DNA of 64,000 nucleotides, taken from contig CAMERI010000006.1 of the NCBI GenBank assembly GCA_945935525.1, forward strand, positions 4,194 to 68,193. The letters are read 5' to 3'. The stretch is from an uncultured bacterium. GTDB lineage: Bacteria > Bacillota_I > Bacilli_A > RF39 > UBA660. The position numbers and the translations under genes were made by a program. Positions within the stretch are counted from its first letter, which is position 1; each line of letters starts with the position of its first letter. Below are positions 9,169 through 19,123 of the stretch, one piece after another. A model generated the notes under the pieces. That model saw nothing but the letters and a program-made list of their open reading frames with translations, was not told the DNA's origin and ran no database searches.

Positions 9169-10023
9169 ATGAAGGGTAAAGAATCTTCTAAAAAAATTGT
9201 TATAAGAGGAGTTATAGTAGTAGTTTCTGCAATTATATTATTGATTGCTATAGACTTATTGAATGTATTAGCATTTAATGGAAAACCTATGTTTTTAATA
9301 AGTGAAAATGATACTAAACAAAGTTCTATACTTTATGATATTTATGATTGTAATGGTAAAAGAGTTTATAAATTTAAAGGAACTAAATTTAATTGTCCAG
9401 TAGAAGAAAATAAAAAAGTTATTACTATTACTGATAAAAGCGAAGGACAATATTGTGCTGATGCAATAGAATATTATTATAAAGATTATTATTTTACTTG
9501 TATTAAGAGTCAATATGTTATAGTAACTGTTAATGGTAAAGAATATACTATTAAAGAAGCATTAAATAATGGTATTGTTACTATGGATGAGTTAATAGAA
9601 ATAGGATTTAAACCACTTAAAAAGAGTGTTACTGATGATCCAAGTGATGAACCAACAACACCTACTGAACCAACTAAACCAGAAAATCCAACTACTCCAA
9701 GTGAACCAACTAAACCCGGAGAACCAACAACACCAAGTGAGCCTGCAAAACCAGTAACTCCAACAACACCAGAAAAACCATCAGATAACACAAATAAAAA
9801 GAAAATAACTATTACTGATACAAGTGCTGGTAAGAATTGTGCTCAAGCTATTGAATACTACTATAAAAGATATTACTTCAATTGTATTAAGAGTCAATAT
9901 GTTATAGTAACTGTTAATGGTAAAAAATATAATATAAAAGAAGCTTTAAATAATGGAATTGTTACAATGGATGAATTAATTGAAGCTGGGTTCAAACCTC
10001 AAACAGATGCTGTTGATAGATAG
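9169..10023 (+). CDS. membrane-anchored protein with two tandem about 70-aa domains separated by a Pro/Thr-rich linker
   Basis: N-terminal TM. 'ITITDKSEGQYCADAIEYYYKDYYFTCIKSQYVIVTVNGKEYTIKEALNNGIVTMDELIE' repeats as 'ITITDTSAGKNCAQAIEYYYKRYYFNCIKSQYVIVTVNGKKYNIKEALNNGIVTMDELIE'. The linker is 'PTEPTKPENPTTPSEPTKPGEPTTPSEPAKP'. Confidence 0.5.
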   Translation: MKGKESSKKIVIRGVIVVVSAIILLIAIDLLNVLAFNGKPMFLISENDTKQSSILYDIYDCNGKRVYKFKGTKFNCPVEENKKVITITDKSEGQYCADAIEYYYKDYYFTCIKSQYVIVTVNGKEYTIKEALNNGIVTMDELIEIGFKPLKKSVTDDPSDEPTTPTEPTKPENPTTPSEPTKPGEPTTPSEPAKPVTPTTPEKPSDNTNKKKITITDTSAGKNCAQAIEYYYKRYYFNCIKSQYVIVTVNGKKYNIKEALNNGIVTMDELIEAGFKPQTDAVDR

Positions 10024-10032
10024 ACACTAAAA

Positions 10033-10060
10033 AGCCTGGAATTTTCCAGGCTTTATTTTG
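10033..10060. terminator. bidirectional rho-independent terminator between convergent genes
   Basis: AGCCTGGAA-TT-TTCCAGGCT hairpin flanked by an A-run and a T-run. Confidence 0.6.
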
Positions 10061-11236
10061 CTATAAATATTCACTTTTTACTTCTTTTAAATCCACTACT
10101 TCTATAGTATCAACTGCTTCTTTTAATAATGGTTCAAAATCTATCTTAGCTTCTTCTTCATAAATAAATTTTAGATTTGGATTTATTACTGGATGTTTAG
10201 GAACAAACACAGTACAGCAGTCTTCATATGGAAGTATAGATGTTTCATAAGTATCTATTTTCTTAGATATTTCAATTATATCTAATTTATCAAAAGAACA
10301 TAAAGGTCTTAAGATTGGATAATTAGTAACATCATTAACAGCTACCATACTAGATAATGTTTGACTTGCTACTTGTCCTACACTCTCACCATTTATTATA
10401 GCTAAACATTTATTCTTTTTAGCTACTCTTTCAGCTATTCTATACATCATTCTTCTCATAATAGTTATTAAATATGTAGTATCAAGATTTTTATATATAG
10501 TTTCTTGTATTTTAGTAAAATTTACTACCATTAATTTACCATGAGAATTATATTTTTCTAGTTTTCTAGCGAGGTCAATTACTTTATTACGAGCTTCTAT
10601 ACTAGTATGAGGTCTACTTTCAAAGTATAAGTAATAAAGTTCTACTCCTCTTTTAATAGTCATATATCCAGCAACTGGAGAATCTATTCCACCACTTAAC
10701 ATCAAAAGTCCACGACCAAGAGTACTAACAGGATATCCTCCAAGACCTTTTATACCACTAGTATAATAATAAACTGCATTACTTCTTATTTCTATATTTA
10801 AGTAAACATCAGGATTATGAACATCTACACTACAATCAATATTCTTAAGAATATGTCCACCTACTATATTATTCATATCCATTGATTTAATTGGAAACTT
10901 CTTATCACTTCTATTAGTTACTACTTTAAAAGTTTTAAATTCTTCATTTTTCATTACTTCTAAAGAACACTTAAGTATATCTTCTTCACTAACTATTTCA
11001 CTCATATAAGCAACTACTATTTCATGAATACCAAATATATTTTTAAGAATATTAACTATTCCATCTATATCTTCAGGATTAGGAATAATAAACATTCTAT
11101 AGTAATCATCTTGTATTTCAAAACTATAATCACTTATCTTATCAAATATATTATTTTTAAGTTTATTTATAAAGAAATTTCTATTATCTTTTTTAGTAGT
11201 TAATTCACCATATTTTATTAATATTACTTTTTTCAT
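10061..11236 (-). CDS. thiI: tRNA 4-thiouridine(8) synthase ThiI (THUMP + PP-loop)
   Basis: PP-loop 'SGGIDSPVAGY'. 391 aa. Coupled to an upstream cysteine desulfurase, as in Bacillus. Confidence 0.85.
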   Translation of the reverse strand: MKKVILIKYGELTTKKDNRNFFINKLKNNIFDKISDYSFEIQDDYYRMFIIPNPEDIDGIVNILKNIFGIHEIVVAYMSEIVSEEDILKCSLEVMKNEEFKTFKVVTNRSDKKFPIKSMDMNNIVGGHILKNIDCSVDVHNPDVYLNIEIRSNAVYYYTSGIKGLGGYPVSTLGRGLLMLSGGIDSPVAGYMTIKRGVELYYLYFESRPHTSIEARNKVIDLARKLEKYNSHGKLMVVNFTKIQETIYKNLDTTYLITIMRRMMYRIAERVAKKNKCLAIINGESVGQVASQTLSSMVAVNDVTNYPILRPLCSFDKLDIIEISKKIDTYETSILPYEDCCTVFVPKHPVINPNLKFIYEEEAKIDFEPLLKEAVDTIEVVDLKEVKSEYL

Positions 11237-12357
11237 TTTAACAATAACTCATTCCATACTTTATCAAATACCTCTAAGAATTTATGTACTTCTTCCATAG
11301 TAGTCAAATGACTTAAACTTACTCTTATTGATGTAGTACTTACATCTTTATTACCATGACTTAATGCTTTTAATACAGTACTTTCTTCTAAACTAGAACA
11401 TGCTGTTGTAGTAGATACATATATTTCATATCTTTCAAGAGCATGTACAAAAGTCTCAGATTTAATCTTAAGTAAACTAAAATTAACTATTTGAGGTACA
11501 CATAAATCATTAGAATTAATTTGTATTGGATACTTAGAAAGTCCTTTCAATAATTCTGCTTTTAATTTTTCACATTTCTTTATATTAGATTCTAACTTAT
11601 CATTAATAAGTCTCATAGCCTTAGAAAATGATACTATAAGTGGTAATGCAGGAGTTCCACCTCTAAATGGACAATTCTCTGTAGTACCATATATTAATGT
11701 ATCTATTTGTAAATCACGTCTTTTATATAAAATGCCTATTCCTTTAGGAGCATATATCTTATGACTTGAAAAACTAGCTAAATCTAAATCACTTAAATAA
11801 AATCTTGTCTTACCTAAAGCTTGAGTTAAATCACTATGGAATATAACATTAGGATTCTTTTTATTAATAACTTGTCTAATAGTCTTAAGAGGTTGTTTAA
11901 ACCCAGTTTCAGAGTTAACAGCACATATACTTACAAGAATAGTATCTTCTCTTATAAGTTCTTCTAAATGTTTTAAATCTATTTGACCATTATCATTTAT
12001 ATTAACAAAATCTACTTCGTATCCTATATTACTTAAATAACCCATAACTTCTAAAACACTCTTATGTTCAAGTTTACTAGTTATAATATGTTTACCACGT
12101 TTACAATATTTAAATGCAACACCCTTAATAGCAGTAGTATTACTTTCACTAGCTCCACTAGTAAATATTAATTCCTTTGGATGACAATTAAGTATTTCAG
12201 CTATTTGATTAGTAGCTTGCATTAATAATTCTTTAGATTTAACTCCTAGAGTATGAATACTATTAGCATTTCCAATAAACTCACGAGTAACTTTGCAATA
12301 AGAATCAAGCACTCTTTCATCAACTGGTGTAGTTGCACTATAATCTAAATATATCAT
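11233..12357 (-). CDS. class V aminotransferase / cysteine desulfurase (NifS/NifZ-like, ThiI partner)
   Basis: PLP-Lys 'SFSSHKIYAPKG'. Catalytic Cys loop 'STTTACSS'. 374 aa. Confidence 0.8.
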   Translation of the reverse strand: MIYLDYSATTPVDERVLDSYCKVTREFIGNANSIHTLGVKSKELLMQATNQIAEILNCHPKELIFTSGASESNTTAIKGVAFKYCKRGKHIITSKLEHKSVLEVMGYLSNIGYEVDFVNINDNGQIDLKHLEELIREDTILVSICAVNSETGFKQPLKTIRQVINKKNPNVIFHSDLTQALGKTRFYLSDLDLASFSSHKIYAPKGIGILYKRRDLQIDTLIYGTTENCPFRGGTPALPLIVSFSKAMRLINDKLESNIKKCEKLKAELLKGLSKYPIQINSNDLCVPQIVNFSLLKIKSETFVHALERYEIYVSTTTACSSLEESTVLKALSHGNKDVSTTSIRVSLSHLTTMEEVHKFLEVFDKVWNELLLK

Positions 12358-12366
12358 ATCTTCCTC

Positions 12367-14019
12367 CTATATTTCTTGAATAACTGTTAATATCACTGGT
12401 TTACATTGAGTTTCTTTATATAAGTATTGTCCAACTATCTCACGTATTTCATTTCTTATTTTAACATAATCTGCATACTTATTAGAGAAAGTATTATTTT
12501 TAATAATCTCCATACTAAGCTTCTTAACTTCATTTATTACATCATTATTATCTTTAGAATATATAAATCCACGAGTAATTATTTCAGGCTCTATAACTAT
12601 TGATTTATCTTTCTTACTTAGTGTAGATGATATTACTACAAGTCCATTATTACTTAATAGTTCTCTATCTTTTAAGACTACATCTCCCACGTCTTCACTA
12701 AAGTTACCATCTATTAATATATCATCTACAAATACTCTTTCAAAGTTATCCTTAAGTTCACCATTTTCAAAAGTAACAACATCTCCATTTTCTTTAAGTA
12801 ATATATTTTCTTTTGGTATTCCTACACTATATGCAAGATTTCCATTTTGTACTTGATATCTATATTCACCTTTTATAGGCATATAGTATTTAGGATTAAA
12901 TAATTTAATAAGAAGCATTAAATCTTCACTAGATGCATGGTGACGTACACTCTTATCTTTAGGTATTTGTACTATATTAACACCCTTAATAGCTAAATCA
13001 TTAAGTATTCTTACAAGTAATTTTTCATAAGCATCATAACTTGGTTCAGCAAAACATACTGTATCAGTTTTTTCTAATGTAATAAATTTATCATGACCAT
13101 TTAATATTCTATTTATATTAGAATATGGTGTCTCTCTATCATTACTAATAAGTATAACTGTATTATCTTGTTTTAAATCAGTTAAATTACCTATCATATC
13201 TTCTTCTATATCTAAGTATCCATTCTTAGCACATAAAGATACTATATTATGTAACTCTTTACCCATTATTACTACTTTTCTATTCTTGCCTTTTAAAGAA
13301 TTAAATATTTCTTGCATAGTATAAATATGAAGTGGTAACACCGTAAATATAATTCTTCCTTTATTCTTATCAACAACGTTTTTAAAGAATCCCTCTAGCT
13401 TATGATTAGGACTAGTATGTCCCTTCTTTTCAGCAAACACACTTTCAGCCATTAAGCAAAGCACGCCTTGTTTACCAATATAAGCAAGTTTACCTAAATC
13501 CATGTCGTAGTAACCATTCATTGTTGGATCAATTACAAAGTCAGCCATATATATAACTGCTCCATCATCAGTATTAATTGCAAATCCTAATGTTTCTGGA
13601 CTACTATGTGTAACACTAAATGGGAATATACTTAAATTATTAGTTATATCTATCTTTCTATGTGCTTTAATAGTATGTAAATTCTTAATTTCTACTTTAT
13701 CTACTGAACATTCATATTTTATTATTTCACTTGTATAATTTGATGCATACACATTTAAATTAGGTAATGCTTTTAATAAATCAGTAAGTGCTCCCATATT
13801 CTCACGATGAGGATGGCTTATAAATAATCCAACTATTTCTTTTTCATGTTCTACTAAATATGAAAAATCAGGTATTACATAATCTACACCATACATTTTA
13901 TCAGGTGCATACTTCATACCACAATCAAAAATAAATAGATGTCCATCTACATTTACTGTATATAAATTCTTACCATTTTCGTTTAATCCACCTAAACTCA
14001 TTATATTAATTTTACTCAT
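12367..14019 (-). CDS. RNase J-family protein (metallo-beta-lactamase / beta-CASP) with degenerate metal-binding motifs (RNase J2-like)
   Basis: Aligns along its length with RNase J1 ('GLFISHPHRENMGAL' against 'GLFITHGHEDHIGGI'; 'MPIKGEYR' against 'MPIHGEYR'). Two zinc-ligand His/Asp positions are substituted. Confidence 0.65.
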   Translation of the reverse strand: MSKINIMSLGGLNENGKNLYTVNVDGHLFIFDCGMKYAPDKMYGVDYVIPDFSYLVEHEKEIVGLFISHPHRENMGALTDLLKALPNLNVYASNYTSEIIKYECSVDKVEIKNLHTIKAHRKIDITNNLSIFPFSVTHSSPETLGFAINTDDGAVIYMADFVIDPTMNGYYDMDLGKLAYIGKQGVLCLMAESVFAEKKGHTSPNHKLEGFFKNVVDKNKGRIIFTVLPLHIYTMQEIFNSLKGKNRKVVIMGKELHNIVSLCAKNGYLDIEEDMIGNLTDLKQDNTVILISNDRETPYSNINRILNGHDKFITLEKTDTVCFAEPSYDAYEKLLVRILNDLAIKGVNIVQIPKDKSVRHHASSEDLMLLIKLFNPKYYMPIKGEYRYQVQNGNLAYSVGIPKENILLKENGDVVTFENGELKDNFERVFVDDILIDGNFSEDVGDVVLKDRELLSNNGLVVISSTLSKKDKSIVIEPEIITRGFIYSKDNNDVINEVKKLSMEIIKNNTFSNKYADYVKIRNEIREIVGQYLYKETQCKPVILTVIQEI

Positions 14020-14092
14020 AATATCACTCCCTTTAAAAGTTTAAATGCTACAAAGTATTTTACCACAATTTTAAAAAAAATACTAGTATCAA

Positions 14093-15067
14093 CTAGTACT
14101 TATAATTTTTATCTAATGTTTTAGAAAACTTATCTATTAAATCATCTAAATATTCTTTTTTACGTAATTTATCTATCCATCTCTTAGGAATATTATAATA
14201 TCCATATATTATTCCAGCAATAGAGCCGGTTATAGCTCCCACTGTATCAGTATCATCTCCTAAATTTATTGATTTAACTATTGCTTCTTCATAACTATTA
14301 GTAGTTAATACTGACCATAACGATGCTTCAAGAGTACTTACTACATATCCAGAAGAACTAACTGATTCTATATTTAGTTTATCTATTTCTTTTGATAGTA
14401 CTCTATCATACTCCTCAATTATTTTTTTATTAAAGTATTTAGAAAATTTAAAATCACAAGCATCTCTATATGCAGTAAGTTTATCTTTACCACAAAGTAG
14501 TTCATGAATAAATCTATCATATATGACACAACCGAGTTTACTAATATCGTGTCCATGAGTCATAGAAGAAACATTACAAACTATTTTAACTCTTTCTTTA
14601 TCACTTACATTTAATGATTCTAAATACATAGATACAGGGGACATTCTCATAAGTGAACCATTACCATTATCATATTCACTTTTACCACCACAAATAGTCG
14701 CAGAAACTTTAGAACTACTATATTTAGATAATGCATTAGATGTAGCATTTCCTATATCAAATACTACATCAGTAGCAGTATATTTTGCATCACGAACCCA
14801 TTCTAAGAATTTATCCATAACATCTTCATAATCAAGTTTTCCTACTTCTTGTATTGAGTCCATAGTTGCTATAGTCATTGAAGTATCATCACTCCAAGTT
14901 CCTTCAGGTACATGATGAGTACCATACCCAGTCATTTCTCTTACCCATTTATCTTCATAATTATTTCTTCTTGTAAACTCTATAGGTACACCCATAGCAT
15001 CACCTATAACAAATCCATATATCATAGACTTAACTTTATTATTCATATCAAAACCTCCAGTAAACAC
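14093..15067 (-). CDS. ADP-ribosylglycohydrolase family protein
   Basis: 'GFVIGDAMGVPIEF', 'WSDDTSM' and 'GDDTDTVGAITGSIAG' are ARH/DraG-family Mg-binding motifs. Confidence 0.7.
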   Translation of the reverse strand: MFTGGFDMNNKVKSMIYGFVIGDAMGVPIEFTRRNNYEDKWVREMTGYGTHHVPEGTWSDDTSMTIATMDSIQEVGKLDYEDVMDKFLEWVRDAKYTATDVVFDIGNATSNALSKYSSSKVSATICGGKSEYDNGNGSLMRMSPVSMYLESLNVSDKERVKIVCNVSSMTHGHDISKLGCVIYDRFIHELLCGKDKLTAYRDACDFKFSKYFNKKIIEEYDRVLSKEIDKLNIESVSSSGYVVSTLEASLWSVLTTNSYEEAIVKSINLGDDTDTVGAITGSIAGIIYGYYNIPKRWIDKLRKKEYLDDLIDKFSKTLDKNYKY

Positions 15068-17739
15068 TAACTATTCTTAAGTGTAAAGTATCCAGGTAAT
15101 TCTGTACCACCATCTACTCTAGCATATGTTTTATCAACATTTGAACTATTGTATGAAGTACCAGCACCACCAACAAGTTTAGTCGAATCTTTAAACATAT
15201 CATTACCACTAGTAACTTTATCAGTAACAAATTTATCACTAACATATATAGTTTTTAAATTAATAGACTTTTCAAACATACCATACATATCAGTAACGTT
15301 ACTTGTATCAAAATTACTCAAATCTAATGATGTTGCCTCAATATATGAAAACATTAATCTCATATTAGTTACTTTCGAAGTATTAAAATTGCTTACATCT
15401 ATAATTGGCGTTTTACAGCCATAAAACATAGCACTCATATTTGTTACATTACTCGTATCAAAATTACTTACATCTAACTTATCAGTTTTAATTCTAGTAA
15501 ACATCCAATTCATATCAGTTACTTTTGAAGTATTGAAATTACTTAAATCCAAAGTGGTAACAGCAGCATCGCCAAACATATCACTCATATTAGTTACATT
15601 GCTTGTATCAAAATTACTTACATCTAGCGTTGTAGCCTTACTGTAGCGAAACATGCTAGACATATTTGTTACTTTTGAAGTATTAAAATTACTTACGTCT
15701 ATTATTGCAGCTTGAGTACCACTAAACATACCACTCATATATTTTACCTTGCTTGTATCAAAATTACTTACATTTATAACTTTAGTTTTAGAACTAGAGA
15801 ACATTCCACCCATATAAGTTACATTACTTGTATCAAAATTACTTACATCAATCGTCAAAGATATAGTTGAACAAAACATACGATCCATATCTGTAACTTT
15901 TGAAGTATCAAATTTGCTTACATCTATTATCGTGGCTTTACTATCCCAAAACATACGAGCCATATCAGTAACATTACTTGTATTAAAATTACTTACATCA
16001 ATCGTAGATGCTTGAGTACTATAAAACATACTATCCATTTTTGTAACATTACTCGTATTAAATTTGCTTACATCAATCACTGTAGCTTGACTTTGAGCAA
16101 ACATATCACTCATATCTTTTACATTGCTTGTATCAAAATTACTTAAATTCAATGTTAACACCTTACTACGTGCAAACATCCAACTCATACTAGTTACTTT
16201 ACTCGTATCAAAATTGACTAAATTCAAAGTTTTAACATTACTTCCACGAAACATATAACTCATATCAGTTACTTTACTTGTATCAAAATTACTTACATCA
16301 ATTGTTAAAGTCTGAGTATCAGCAAACATATAACTCATGTCAGTTACTTTACTTGTGTTAAAATTACTTACATCTATTATTGCAGCTTGAGTACCACTAA
16401 ACATTGATCTCATTTTCTTCACATTTTTAGTATCAAAGCCACTCACATCCAATACAATTGATTTAGTACTACCAAACATAGCATCCATATTTGTTACATT
16501 ACTTGTATTAAGATTACTTACATCTATTATTGTAGCTTGTGAATTTAGAAACATATTGCTCATATCAGTTACATTGTTTGTGTCAAAATTACTTAAATCT
16601 AAAATTGTAGCTTTTGCTGCGTAGAACATGGTATCCATATTTGTTACATTGCTTGTATCAAAACTACTTAAATTTAACGTAGTAGCACAATTGCAATAAA
16701 ACATCATATCCATATCAGTAACATTTGAGGTATCAAAAGTACTCAAATCTAATACTTCTGATGTATTTCTAGAAAACATATAAATCATATTAGTAACATT
16801 ACTTGTATCAAAAGTACTAAAATTTGGTTCTAAAACTTTACTGTTACGAAACATCCCTTCCATACTAATTACATTACTTGTATTAAAACTACTTAAATCA
16901 ATAGACGTTGCTTGGCTACCATCAAACATATATTTCATTGAAACAACAGGCTTATCATTTATATATGCACACAATTGACTCGTAACAGGATCAGTACTTG
17001 CTGTATCAGTTAATACAACTCCCCATCCATCATAAGAAGTATTTTGCCAAACTAAACCAGGATAAGTATTTTTTAATTCTTGTTTATATCTATAAGTATA
17101 TTGACCGTTAACATATTCTGCGCCCTGAGTCAATGCAGTTTCCTCTGGCAATGTACAGTATATTGAATTATCAACATACTCCTCCAAATTTATTTTTCCA
17201 CTAAATTTTTTATTTAGATTTTCATTTTGATTGTATGTTCTATTTTTAAATGTTACTGTAACATTATATACATGTGTTATTCCAGCATCTATCTCATTAT
17301 TTCGCTTTATATCCTTAACAATACTCGTTTCTGTATAAGGTACTGCTTTATAAAATGAATTGCATTCTCCTTCTTCTACCTGATTATTAGAATTATAGTT
17401 TTTATAACTTTTGCACTTCATATCTAAATGCAAATCATAATTATTAATTGTATTAATAAGATTATTCCATATAAGATTATAACTTGTCTTTTTAGTACCA
17501 ACATTACTAACAGTAAATGTTTTTGTTATAAAATCACCAGGAAGTGCATTATTCAAAGATAATAATGCACCATCTTTATATTCAAGTCTTAAGTCTCCAG
17601 TAGACATAGTTATTCCTTTAGGTTTACCATCTATTTCTAAACTAAAATAAGCATAAGTTAAACCAGTTACTCCAAGTACTAAAGTAACTGCTATCATCAT
17701 TAATAAAACCTTTATAACTAATCTACTATTCTTTATCAT
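15067..17739 (-). CDS. large surface protein with a TasA/camelysin-like (SipW-cognate) signal peptide and about 22 DUF285/BspA-type repeats
   Basis: The likely start is internal Met 'MIKNSRLVIKVLLMMIAVTLVLGVTGLTYAYFS' (the track ORF extends to 17829). 'AYFS' plus a beta-sandwich-like segment resembles the TasA N-terminus. About 24-aa repeats '(D/N)VSNF(D/N)TSNVTxMxxMF' match the DUF285 (Mycoplasma-type) repeat. Confidence 0.65.
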   Translation of the reverse strand: MIKNSRLVIKVLLMMIAVTLVLGVTGLTYAYFSLEIDGKPKGITMSTGDLRLEYKDGALLSLNNALPGDFITKTFTVSNVGTKKTSYNLIWNNLINTINNYDLHLDMKCKSYKNYNSNNQVEEGECNSFYKAVPYTETSIVKDIKRNNEIDAGITHVYNVTVTFKNRTYNQNENLNKKFSGKINLEEYVDNSIYCTLPEETALTQGAEYVNGQYTYRYKQELKNTYPGLVWQNTSYDGWGVVLTDTASTDPVTSQLCAYINDKPVVSMKYMFDGSQATSIDLSSFNTSNVISMEGMFRNSKVLEPNFSTFDTSNVTNMIYMFSRNTSEVLDLSTFDTSNVTDMDMMFYCNCATTLNLSSFDTSNVTNMDTMFYAAKATILDLSNFDTNNVTDMSNMFLNSQATIIDVSNLNTSNVTNMDAMFGSTKSIVLDVSGFDTKNVKKMRSMFSGTQAAIIDVSNFNTSKVTDMSYMFADTQTLTIDVSNFDTSKVTDMSYMFRGSNVKTLNLVNFDTSKVTSMSWMFARSKVLTLNLSNFDTSNVKDMSDMFAQSQATVIDVSKFNTSNVTKMDSMFYSTQASTIDVSNFNTSNVTDMARMFWDSKATIIDVSKFDTSKVTDMDRMFCSTISLTIDVSNFDTSNVTYMGGMFSSSKTKVINVSNFDTSKVKYMSGMFSGTQAAIIDVSNFNTSKVTNMSSMFRYSKATTLDVSNFDTSNVTNMSDMFGDAAVTTLDLSNFNTSKVTDMNWMFTRIKTDKLDVSNFDTSNVTNMSAMFYGCKTPIIDVSNFNTSKVTNMRLMFSYIEATSLDLSNFDTSNVTDMYGMFEKSINLKTIYVSDKFVTDKVTSGNDMFKDSTKLVGGAGTSYNSSNVDKTYARVDGGTELPGYFTLKNS

Positions 17740-18055
17740 CTTACATTTATTATAATATATAGAAACATTGTATTCAAGCAAAAAGATATTCATACTTAAA
17801 AAATATAAATTAACTATTCTATTTAACATAATTTTTAAATTTATTAAAAATTAAATTTTATATATTAAAATATGATTGATAATAAATTTTTTACTTAGAA
17901 AAAATAAAGTTTTCATAATGAAAAACTATCTTAAAATTAAATTTTATCCATTTGTATTACTTATCTATACATGATACTCTACATACCAAAGTACCTGGGC
18001 TAGGAATTGCCAGAGCATTTATCTCTCTTCATGGAGTTAATGGAGGCGATGTTAT

Positions 18056-18145
18056 ATGAGTAAAAAAGATTCATTAATAAATACTTTACTTGTTATTATT
18101 ATCTTACTACTTTTTATAATAATTTTATTAATTTTCTCAAATTAA
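18056..18145 (+). CDS. small hydrophobic peptide (29 aa, single TM), possibly a type I toxin-like or small membrane protein
   Basis: Strong SD GGAGG 10 nt upstream of the ATG. 'MSKKDSLINTLLVIIILLLFIIILLIFSN'. A hairpin (CCTAACT...AGTTAGG) follows immediately downstream. Confidence 0.35.
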   Translation: MSKKDSLINTLLVIIILLLFIIILLIFSN

Positions 18146-18313
18146 TAAAAATACCTAACTCACTTTGTAGTTAGGCTATAACAAAATTTTGTGATACCTA
18201 GCCTACAGGGGGCAGGTGCTTCACTAAAATAAGTTTATCATATTTTAATATATATTGTAAATAATTATCAAAATAAAAAGACTATTTCTAGTCTAAATAT
18301 TATAAGAAAAGTA

Positions 18314-18514
18314 TTAATTATTCTTAATAGTAATTAATCCTCTATCTATTTCTTCTAATGCCCTTCCAATTTCTTTTTTAGAAACATACTCACTTTCAGG
18401 CATTTGAAAATGTTTATGTTCTTTCATAACTTTGGCTCTATCAGCAGCTATATGAACTAACTTATATTTAGAGTCAACAATATTTAATAATCTGTCTATT
18501 GAAGGATATATCAC
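18314..18514 (-). CDS. rpoZ: DNA-directed RNA polymerase subunit omega
   Basis: 66 aa. 'MIYPSIDRLLNIVDSKYKLVHIAADRAK' matches the RpoZ N-terminal consensus (YPSID.LL..V.S.Y.LV..AA.RA). Confidence 0.65.
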   Translation of the reverse strand: MIYPSIDRLLNIVDSKYKLVHIAADRAKVMKEHKHFQMPESEYVSKKEIGRALEEIDRGLITIKNN

Positions 18515-18601
18515 TTTTCACCATCTCCCTACACTAATAATATAACCAATTCTAAAACTCTATACAACAAATATATACATTTTTTTACATTAGTTTTACA
18601 A

Positions 18602-19123
18602 TTAATTAAAACTTACTAAATTATATATCTTTTTAATATCATCATCATAAGACATAAGTATAGTCTTTTTACTACCATTTATATAATCTATTTCTACATT
18701 TCTAAAACAATATAATAAGTTTTCATTAGTTCTTTCTATATCTTTATTATAATCAAGTTTAGTTATATTCTTACTATCACTTATTAATGTAAAATTAAAA
18801 TCTTTTTCATCACTACTTATATCTTCATCATCAAGCATTATAAAATATAAATTATCACTGGTAAGTAGTGTTACACTAACATAATCTTCATCCATAGTAC
18901 ATCCTGGTATTATAACTAACTCTTTAGTAGTTCCTTCATAATTACTAAGATTAAATACTTTATCTTGATATGTAATTTCTATGTATTTTTCTTTTTCTTC
19001 TACTCTAAAATCACTTTTATCATCACTTATCTTAATATTCATTTTTTCTTTTCCACAAGCAGTAAGCATTATAGTTATAAGAATTAAATTAAGTATTTTT
19101 TTAATTTTCATTTGAAACTCCAC
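18602..19123 (-). CDS. lipoprotein (lipobox LTAC), hypothetical
   Basis: Signal peptide plus 'LTAC|GKEK'. 173 aa. Confidence 0.5.
   Translation of the reverse strand: MEFQMKIKKILNLILITIMLTACGKEKMNIKISDDKSDFRVEEKEKYIEITYQDKVFNLSNYEGTTKELVIIPGCTMDEDYVSVTLLTSDNLYFIMLDDEDISSDEKDFNFTLISDSKNITKLDYNKDIERTNENLLYCFRNVEIDYINGSKKTILMSYDDDIKKIYNLVSFN

Noticed and set aside
9295-9791. Minus-strand ORFs 9295-9513 and 9510-9791
   Set aside because: They are antisense to the well-supported 9169-10023 gene. The second is just the reverse reading of the PT-rich repeat.
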